Origin: Paragordius varius
Taxonomy: Eukaryota; Animalia; Nematomorpha
DNA length: 64,000 nucleotides
Assembly: GCA_964247055.1 (NCBI GenBank)
Contig: OZ176051.1
Coordinates: forward strand, 12,276,001-12,340,000
Direction of reading: 5' to 3'
The notes beneath the pieces were generated by a model. The model saw only the letters and a program-made list of their open reading frames with translations, was not told where the DNA came from and did not search any database. The translations under genes and the position numbers were made by a program. Positions 54,150 to 64,000 of the stretch are shown piece after piece. How positions within the stretch are numbered: position 1 is the stretch's first letter; each line of letters opens with the position of its first letter.

Positions 54150-54470
54150 AGACCACGATAGGAATGTACCGTCTACCCCGAGAAATGTAATAATTTTCCA
54201 GCGCACTTTGGACAATTTAAACGCCTTTTAAGTATGAGAAAAAAGAACACAATAGAAAAAGTTCGGCCGTCTACGACCATTGCAAAAATACAGGACATAC
54301 CGCCCCAGCATCCATTATAGCCCAAGCTGACAAATTATCCGAAAGGTTAATTTGGAGGCTTGTTTCATCCATTCAAATACCTTATCAACAGAAGAAGGAA
54401 AGAAAGGAACAACAATGTCACTAAAGACTACTACAAAGGAACGGATTATTTTAAAATATTTAAAACTCCA
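54150..54470 (+). mobile_element. Penelope-like GIY-YIG 3' fragment in gene C intron 1
   Basis: SSAVYDHCKNTGH and EACFI..F...INR motifs, typical of the PLE endonuclease C-terminus. Confidence 0.6.
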
Positions 54471-54800
54471 AAAAAAAAACAGTAAAGAATAACCACATGG
54501 ACATCATATTTTATATTTTTTTGTTTTATCATATTTTATAATTATTTTTTTCAAATTTAGTTTTTAATTATATTTTAATATTATTATTCTTTTGTTATTT
54601 GTTAATCCATTGATAAAAATACTACCATTTCGAAAACTTTGGATATAGTTCAATTTAAATTTTACGAGACTTCATAATATTATTTTAAAATATGTGAGGT
54701 CCAATCTCCAATTTTGCCGCCTCCCCCCCCTTTTTAGGCGGTATAAGAGAATTCTTAACATAAATATTAAAAACCCTTTAGATTTTAAAACTTAATATAG

Positions 54801-54962
54801 CGCTTCAATGTTCAAGAACATGCACGACTTATTGTGATACCTATCTCCTTGCAAAATGCGATTGTTCATGTTATCCATTCCCTTATTGCGGGGCGGCCCA
54901 GTGTCCCACTGGCTTTGTTTATAGAATAAATTCTGTGTCCGGATGCTATACTTGTGAAGGAG
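54801..54962 (+). CDS. Gene C exon 2: 10-Cys domain
   Basis: cttaatatag|CG CTT CAA TGT ... GAA GGA G|gttaat. Reads (T)LQCSRTCTTYCDTYLLAKCDCSCYPFPYCGAAQCPTGFVYRINSVSGCYTCEG. Confidence 0.9.
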
Positions 54963-56676
54963 GTTAATATTCATTTATTTTTTATTTTATAAATTTTAAA
55001 GATAATAATCAATTGTACTAATAATAATTAAATATATAAAATTCCTTGTACTATAAACGAACTGTAATAGAAAAATAATGTCCCACATAATAAAATATTT
55101 AATATAAATAAAAAGTTAAAAGGGAATCAATTTGCCTATAGAGTCTACAGAGAACCGATCCACGAGGTGGCCAGCTTTAAAATGTTATTGACATATTAAT
55201 CGTTATTTAAGCGTTGGATATGATACGTAGATACACGACATGGTATATTTTTTATTAGTACTACCTTATCACGGTGAATTCATTAGCGATCAAAGCTGTA
55301 TTCAGTTGTATAAGACTCAGTTTCTGATTATTATATGAAATGAAAAAAAAACAAACGAATGTATTTAATCCTCAAATGGGGTTTAATTAGCTGGGTATTA
55401 AAAGATTTATATTATTAGTAGGTGCATTATTCGATTACATCGTTATTATATAACGAAAAAGATATTTAATAAAAATATTGTCGTAGATCGAGATTGTAAA
55501 TTGTAAATAGATTGGAGAGACAACTTTTGATTCAAACATCTCTTAAAATAATGCATTGTGGAAAGAACCAGGGGAGCCCTAACAATTTATGTAAATCGAT
55601 TACCGAAATATTGTATTTTTATCCAACTTAATATTTTTATCGATAGAGTCTTTAATCATCTAAAATCTTGGATACTGAAAATGTATGCAAGAGTTTAAAT
55701 ATGTTTAATGTATAATATTTTGATTGAACCTTTTAAATTGGATATAATTTTTTGTTTAAATTATTAAATCTCATAATATCACTTCATTTATGTCCATTAC
55801 CATATTGGAAATGTTTCGAATCTCATTTTTTATATAATGCGCAGTCACGCCATGGTTTAATTTAGAATTTAACCGATCACTACGTTTACAATATATAGAG
55901 GATAAATTTAAATTATATGTGTGTTAAGCCGATTTAAATTGAGTTCGACTTGTGAGTATGAACCATACTCTCAATCCAATCATAACGGTTTTATACAATT
56001 TGTTTTGGTTCTTAGATATTTTAGTTCCATATTTTTATATACTCGTCCATCTGATCTAAGTCATTGACCAGGCATTGTTGATATTTTTGCGAAGTCTTCC
56101 GGCCTAGTTAGACTGAAGTAAGAGGTATCCCGTGAATTAAGTGCAGTTAGGGTGGGTTTAAAATATTAATGTTAGCATATCCTAATTACTCCATATAAAA
56201 TTAACTTCTCCAAACCAAGGTCTCAATTTTATTGGTTTTTGCAGCGACCATGAGCCGCAGCTGGTTTTAGCAAATATATTACGATTTCTTGATTTTAGTC
56301 CTAAAAATGGCCCAAAAAAGTTGATATTTATATATTTTTATCTATATTTAATATTTTATCGCTATAAATTTTAAAATCACAACCCTACTTTTAATTAAAT
56401 TATTTTCTAATAATTTGATTAATTCTTAAATAACAGCAAGTATATTTCTTATTGCTCTTAGGAAATAGTATTAATATCATATAAAAGGTGTGAGTGAATT
56501 TGCACTTTAGTTTTTATATCTAATCTATTAAAGAGCAAGGAGGGTACAAACCTATAAAGACTTGGGGATCCCCTCATCTACCATAATGCAGTCATAAAAA
56601 TAAGGCAATATCAAGTTTGTTAGTGTACGAATAGTCCTAATCAATATTTTTATGTTTTTAAAAATAATAATTATAG

Positions 56677-57006
56677 CCCCAACTACTCCGACTATACCTA
56701 CCACACCATCTACGCCCTCACCCACTACGCCTACGCCAACGACACCTTCAACGCCTAGCCCTACTACGCCTACACCTACGACACCATCTACGCCCTCACC
56801 CACTACGCCTAGAGCCACAACTCTAAGTCCTACTACTCCGGTTCCTACTACACCAACACCTACAACTCCTGCACCTACTACTTCTGCAACAACTTTAAGG
56901 ACTTTGATAACAACACCGTCGAGTACACCAATTCCTATTGTTACTGTTCCTATAGTAACGACTCAATCGACAAGTGCTATTGATACTACTACTGCTGTGA
57001 CAAGAG
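56677..57006 (+). CDS. Gene C exon 3: Thr/Pro/Ser mucin-like stalk
   Basis: ttatag|CC CCA ACT ... ACA AGA G|gtttct. 330 nt, phase 1-1, with TTPSTPSPTTPTP-type repeats. Shares RTLITT and VTR with gene A exon 3. Confidence 0.85.
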
Positions 57007-57751
57007 GTTTCTTTTTTATTTTAAGAATTAATAAATGTGATTTGATCTGTATATATTACTATTAAAATTTACTAAGAAAACGGTCATGTGAGACAACCTC
57101 TCTCGCCATAGTATTCTGCTTATGGCATCTGACATTATATTTTAGCTCTCGCTTTATTGTGTTCTTTCACTTCGTTTTAGGGCACGTCTTTGTTTACAAC
57201 TTAACTGTCTATAGTTTTGGTAGACAATTTTACCGTTTTGCTTCAAAGCTTGAAGAACGATTAACTTATCAGCATACATAGAACACCAAACTTTTAATAT
57301 TTTGACCACATCATCCACACACGATAAATGACAACGGACTAATTAAGCGATGAACCACAAGGCATTTTGCAAAGGGTTTTGACATTAGTTTAGGAGTTTC
57401 AATTTAGGAGGTGTAATTATGCATAATTTATAATAATTTTACATAGTTTTTTACCACATATTTACGACGGTAAAATTGATATTTTCTAGAATCCTGTCGC
57501 GCGCTTTTCTATGTCAGTTAATATCTTGGTTATTAATTCTCTTGCTGTGAATCAATCATGCTAGTAACTTGTATAGTGTATATTCAGTTTCCTGGCATAA
57601 AATCAAATTGCTTAATATAGCTAATTTTTTAATGTTTTTTTAAATTATGTCCAACAATTTTATCGTGTACAAAAGCATTGATTCCTAACTAGAAAACTCA
57701 TTTATACCCCGAGAAGTTTATCTCTCATTACTATCTAAGTTCTATTTACTA

Positions 57752-58808
57752 CCGCGTCTTATAAAAAGTAACCCAATGAAAGATATATACTCTAATAGGA
57801 AAATTTATCACGATTATTATGGCGCTTTTGGTGTTGGCCCTTACGTGACTTAAGCAAGTTATTTATACATTTGTGGTAAGTGCTCCATATCAGAAAAGGC
57901 CAAAATTTGCGCACATCTTGAAAAAATTTTTTCGTAGAGGCTTTACCAATTACCAAAATATATTATAAAGCCAAACATTATTTCCAAAAATTTTAATTTT
58001 TAGATCTGAGAAAGTCCAAATTTTTGCAATATGCTAGTCCATATTAAATAAACCCAAAATTGTACGATATAAATTTTTATGAACGAAAAATTTACAAAAT
58101 GAATACTTCTTTTCAAAATCTAATTTTAGTGAAATTTTGTTAAAGCGTATATCTAGTCTTTTGAGTCATGATAACGGATAATGTCCTTTAAAATATCATC
58201 AAAACATTTTTTTCGATAATGCTGAACATTTTTTATCATCTCAGAATTATGATTATATTATTCGTTCTTCTTCATTATGTTAAATCAACAATGTGTAACC
58301 AAATTTTTAAGCCAACGAACCTTTAAATAAAAATCCTAAAATAATAGAAATATTTAGCATCTCTAATAATATAGAAATGATTTTATAAAACCTCAAAGCC
58401 TAAAAATTATATTTTTGAAAAAAGTTTGCATATTTTAAATAATGTAAGTGGATATACAAAAGCGTATATTTAAAGAAATTTGGCGCAATCCCGGCATTTT
58501 ATATTCTAACTCATTTTAGAAGCACAAAAAAATTTTGGAATTTTTGGAGCCCACATCTAAAAATTATTTTTTTGAAGTTTCGCTTTTTATATGTAGTTAA
58601 TGATATATTTTAGTGAAAGTTTTAGGAATGAATCCTCTAGCTTTTTATAAAAAATATGCGCAATTTTGCCATTTTCTGATATGGACCACTTGCCACAGTG
58701 TAAATATCTTTCTTTAAATATTTGTTAGGGTAAAAACCAAAAGCACCATGATAATCCTGATACATTCTCCTATCAGATGTATTTCATCATGTTTTTTTGT
58801 GGACACTG
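57752..58808. mobile_element. TA-flanked Tc1/mariner-like MITE with long imperfect TIRs in gene C intron 3
   Basis: Right end GGACACTG|TA, left end TA|CCGCGTC. About 160 bp of inverted similarity (gattattatggcgcttttgg / ccaaaagcaccatgataatc). Related sequence lies at ~25260-25400. Confidence 0.7.
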
Positions 58809-59377
58809 TATATCTATCATCTTTCTTACAACGTGTTTATTTGTCAAAGGCCTTAACTTTCAGGATTTTATTGTTTTCTGTATACATTAAAAATGAAACT
58901 TACCGCCATTCAGTAATTAAGATGGTTTAGACTTAAGATTATCCACACTTGATAGGCTTTTAGATAAGATAATAGGTTTAAGCGGGATTAATAGGTTATT
59001 TTTTTATCTCAAAAAACGTGTCTGCTATAGCGAGATATATTCCATTTCTTTTTCCATAGGAATACTTTGCCATATTTTAAATTATTATTCACTTGAACTA
59101 AAAGGAATATTAAATTTCAAAAGAATGCCTTCATGCGCTGAGGTAGGCTTTCTTATTTTTTTTCATGTCCTTGCAAACCTTTATTGCTGCTTTCATTTTT
59201 GAATATGATTACAATTTAGGATTTATAAGTTAAGTTAGGTCAGTTGTTAACAGAGTTTATTTTTTAATCTTTTAAAGACGTAATTAAGGTATTTTCAGTA
59301 AATTTTACCTTTAATTTTCAAATTTATTGACATAATTTTATTCTTACAAGATTATTTTGATATAATTTATTTTATAG

Positions 59378-59727
59378 CCACAACGGTAATTAGAAGAACA
59401 CGTTTTACAAGATTATTTACGCGAGCTAGAACTAGCCGAGTTTCTAGGAGAAGGAGAACTACTAGAAATCGTCGACGATCAAGAACACCTGGGTTATTCA
59501 CTCGTAGGCGAACACCAAGAGTTAGACGGACCAGAAATACACGTTTTACAAGAATATCTAGAACCAGAGCCCGAACTAGAAGAATAACTAGAAAAATGAC
59601 TAGAAGAGTTACGCTAAGAACTCCAAGACTGCGATCAAGAACAACTCGCTTAATCAGGAGAACCCCTCGTGTGATAAGCAAGAGAACGACTCGTGTCAGA
59701 CGAACTTTGCCGAGACGTGTGAAATAA
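59378..59727 (+). CDS. Gene C exon 4: Arg/Thr-rich cationic tail
   Basis: ttttatag|CC ACA ACG GTA. Reads (A)TTVIRRTRFTRLFTRARTSRVSRRRRTTRNRRRSRTPG...RVRRTLPRRVK*, about 47 Arg in 116 aa and no D/E. Confidence 0.85.
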
Positions 59728-62700
59728 TACTATGGCAAAAATACCATTTTTGATCTTTTATTAGTACGCCCTCTTTTTCCTAATTTAATCGTAAGTATAA
59801 ATAAATTGTAAATATTTTTAGTATTAACCACTTCTATTATATTTTTAATAGGCATAGATTTCATAGAAATAGAATTAATCCTAAAGTTACAAAATATATA
59901 AATATCACGTTGGCAGCAAAGAATAAAAAATATCATCACTTAACTAAAAGCTTGGAATGAATATCAAAATGAATGCGATAAAAATGCTGGAAAAAAGTAT
60001 TATTCTGTCAATAATGAATCGCATTATGGCACATTTGATCAAAATTATTTTTTTCTAGTCTTTTAACCGCAGTTATCATTTCGATATTCATTATCCTTAA
60101 GTTTTAGCGATCGAATGATATATGATTTATAAATTGAACGCCATTGCCGATTGTTTTGTATTGTTTGAATAGCTGATGTTAACTTCACAACTAAAATAAT
60201 TTATATTTGTGGGATATTTTTTTAAGTTTCCATTTTCTATATAAAATCCTTGAGCATTTCATGTCTGACTATAATTTTAATTAATCTATTTATTCATCTA
60301 TCTATCCAATTTTTAAATTTTTATCTAAGCATAAATACGTTTAAGTATAATATCATATAATTTTTTATATTAGTTTTAATTTACAAATATACTGGATTAC
60401 TATTTTTTCCTTAAATTCAAGATTAAAAACGCTAATAATGAGATTTTATCTCAAAATATATATGTTTCAAAAAAATATTGCATATAAATAGAAAGTTTGA
60501 ATGAAGTAATGTTACTTTCGGAAAAGGTGTGCCTTTTGAATGAAAGATGGTAGATGTTGAAAACTTATGCGCAGGCTTAGGACATCTAATTACTAATATA
60601 AATTATGTTTACACCAAAAACATCGAGGAGATTTAGTATGCCGGAAAACAGTTTCTCTAATTTTCTCAGCTTTGGATATAAATCACAAGTAGAAATTAAA
60701 AAAATGATTTACATTGCATATACACTGCGTACAAAATTGGGGGATAATTACAATTAGCAGCAAAATTAGATTATTTTGACATTAATATTCGTATTAATCG
60801 TGTCGAACTGTCTCAATTTCAGACCATACATGAGAACAATGTTTGATATAATTTTAACTAAAACAACTTTCAAAACAGCTGAAAAATTTAGCTCTGGGAC
60901 ATAAAACTACCCCAATATGTCATCACCGACAAAATAGTGAATTCGGCCAACTAAGTTTAAATAATATTTTAAATTCTATATTATTTGATAGTAGTGCATA
61001 AAGAAAATATAATTAGCTACCTTTTGTTTACCTCTTAGAATTATGAATTTTTTTAATTAAGCCTTCGGCTCATTTTCTTAAATCAAAAAATACTACAATA
61101 CCTTGATTCTTGTTTTTATCAACTTGAAATTAACAACAACACGTCACAAGGCGCCATCTTATTATTTAGAAATTGATAGTACTCACTGATTATAGGTTTT
61201 ATATGGTCTTAATCGTTATATAATTTCTTAACTGATAACAATGTTTACCCAGTTCATTCTGTGTTACTGATGATTTGACAATACGTATGAAACGCGTCTC
61301 ACACTATGACACTTGGTAAACAATCTCAACGAATTTGGTTTAATGGTTTTTTTTGCTAACTTAGATCTAATATATCGAATAGGCTACTGATAATCAGCAA
61401 TTTCTACACTTATTTTTATCTTAGAAGAAACATTCCATGTAGATATACGGTCAGAGTCATTTGAACGTCACAGGGTATCTTTTTTGAGGCAATCAATTGA
61501 ATTAAGAATTTTGGAGATATTAATGAGAGATTATTCATAAATGTTGTGCCATAAATATTATGCACAATAAATTCTGGTAGATATTATTAATGAGTGGCGC
61601 ATAAAATCCTGTAAAGCCCCTATTGTAGCACCCATATGTCAATTTACTATTTTTTTCTTCAGCTCCTAATAATTTAATCAATTATGTTACACGAAAAAAA
61701 TGAAATCTTTTAATGATGAAACTTAAAATTTCATTTATAATTTATGATGACTTAAAAATTGGTTAATATTGGCCTAGATTAGTTAATATTTGACTATCTT
61801 ACTAATAATTTATTATCCTACAAAATTTGAAGCCGATTATTACTATTAAAACACTAATAAAGGATATATTTAATTTATAAATTATTACAATAATATTATA
61901 TAAAGCAGATAATTTACTATACCCCTAATATTGCCCGTGGGGCTTGCTTCATATATGTCATAATTAATACATTTTAGATAGGTTTATTCGAAAAGAAAAT
62001 GGGAAATAAATGTATAAGGTTTAATCATAAGTTGCAGGTTTTTGGGTAAAAAGCATTTTGAAAGAAAATTAATAATTTATTTCATTAAAATATTTTCCAC
62101 AGTCACTCTCCAAACTCTCAGATATGCCAGCAAAACTGATTGTCTTTGGCGACAAACTATTCGTCAAGCTATTATAAAAAGGTCTTATTGAAGTGCTGCT
62201 CTGCGTATGCCCATTGATACAACTCCGAAATTATGTTAACAATGCAATGTCTATATCAGTACTAATATAAAGAAAATCACCAGCTTTTAAAGAACAAAAT
62301 ATAGGATATACGTTGCTCATAAAAAAATCTACCCAAACTGATTAAGGATTAACTGCTTTTAGATTTTGAATAATTGTTTGAATTAGGAATCAAAATGGCG
62401 TGGAAATCCTTCTGTGTTAAGCAAATGTTCAAAATAATATCCAAATTTATAGGAGTTTGTTGATTTAATTTTATAAAATTTTAAATTTTAAACACCGGCT
62501 CCTAATATTTTTGAAATAATATACGATTAGTTCGGTCGGTACCTGAAATAAAGAGAAGTATTTAACTTTATTGAAAATAATCCAAAACATATTTTAAATT
62601 AATTAAAAACAGGGTGTTAACGCAAACCACATGGAGCCGGTACAGGTTCCTAAAATTTTAGCAAAACAAACCCGGAACCACCGTTCAGAGAACCATTTTG

Positions 62701-64000
62701 GTTCCGGTTCCACACCCAAAATAAGTGTTCTAATATGTTTTTAATTTTAAAAAATAAAATTATTGTATTAAATCATATTGGTGCCCATCAAAATAGAACA
62801 ACCATCCTAATTTTACAATTTGTTGTTTTAAATATTGTTTTTAAATCACATTTTAATAGGACACCATAATTATCATATAATTTTTTAATTTATTGATAAA
62901 GAATCACCTTATTTTAATGAAAAAAACTTTTGGTAAAGCAAACTATATTAAGAATCTCAGAGCCTAGGTAAAGAGAAAACACGATAAATTGATCCTGGTT
63001 ATGCCTTCAAACGAAAAATCAAGAACCCAAATGGAATTGTTTTTATTTGCAAAGAACGTTCCGGTTGCGGATTCGATATATAAAGAAGCCAACACAGTTA
63101 CGACTTCAGTAACTCGGGAGGGTTTAACATTTTTCGACCCAGTTCAAAGACTATTAAACTTTACATTTTCAGAATAAGTGTTTTAGTATTTGGCTATGAA
63201 ATATACCTAAAAAAGCCCATTAGTTCCATCTCAGGTACCAAAGGCATATTTAAGATTAGTATGGGTTAACAAAAGGATTTATATTAATATACGTATTATT
63301 AAACGTTTCATAACTATATAATTATTCAGATGGCTAAATATTTACCACATATAATTGAGCTTTAAATCAATGTTTGAGAGCGCAAAATTAGTGGGCTGAA
63401 ACGTTCACTATTAATGGCAAACATATGCAGAGTAGATTTGCCTAAGTTTAATGGAAAACAATCAAAAGGGAAATTTTCTTAAAAACAGTTTATGCAAAAA
63501 TGAATTAATAAAAGCAATAGGGATCACCTCATACCAGAATTATTTACATTGAAAGTCTAATTACTAAAATCTTAATTTGCTGCATAATTTTGGATGTAAC
63601 CAATAAAAGATGTAAGTTTGTAATAACTATTGTTCGAAGAGCAAACTTGATTAAGAAAAATTACAAAATGCTATGGTAAAATAAACGAAACTGGGGATAC
63701 ATTTGTGTTATTTATCCAGACAACTAAATGAAAATCACAAATCCCGACGACAGTCATTTAATAATAAATATATCAAGAATAAATATAATATGTTAACAAA
63801 AATGGAGAAGCTCTGAATCGGATATTATAAAGAGCAAAACCAGTTGAAAATAAAATAGTATTATATTCAGCTGTTTGTTTATATGCTTTGAAGCTATCCC
63901 TCGGAACTCTATAATTTAGAAAATACAAGTAAATGTTTGATAATAAAATTTTAACCCAAAATTTACAAATATAAGCCCTGGAACAGAAAATTCAAAAATG

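Noticed and set aside
62989-63177. 62-aa ORF near a GGAACC-repeat MITE-like end (~62610-62720)
   Set aside because: No recognisable domain; possibly a transposase remnant, but the evidence is insufficient.

Overview
Very AT-rich eukaryotic (invertebrate-like) genomic DNA, mostly decayed and nested transposable elements: hAT/Buster, RTE LINEs, two Mag-like Gypsy LTR copies, Penelope-like elements, Helitron-like elements with internal tandem repeats, and several MITE families. Embedded in it is a three-member cluster of spliced host genes that the ORF track shows mostly as antisense shadow ORFs. Gene A is on the minus strand (24878-18692, 4 exons, 298 aa). Gene C is on the plus strand (53145-59727, 4 exons, 307 aa). 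Copy B is truncated (plus strand, 26686-27072). A and C encode a modular, probably secreted precursor with one module per exon and all introns GT-AG phase 1. The modules are: a signal peptide plus EYG(S/L)MF-GRK; a 10-Cys domain (C-X3-C-X3-C-X7-C-X-C-X-C-X5-C-X4-C-X13-C-X2-C); a Thr/Pro mucin-like stalk (330-nt exon in both genes); and a ~40% Arg tail with no acidic residues. All three copies share an upstream YCAAGGTCA motif. I do not recognise this family and could not run database searches, so novelty and function are hypotheses.
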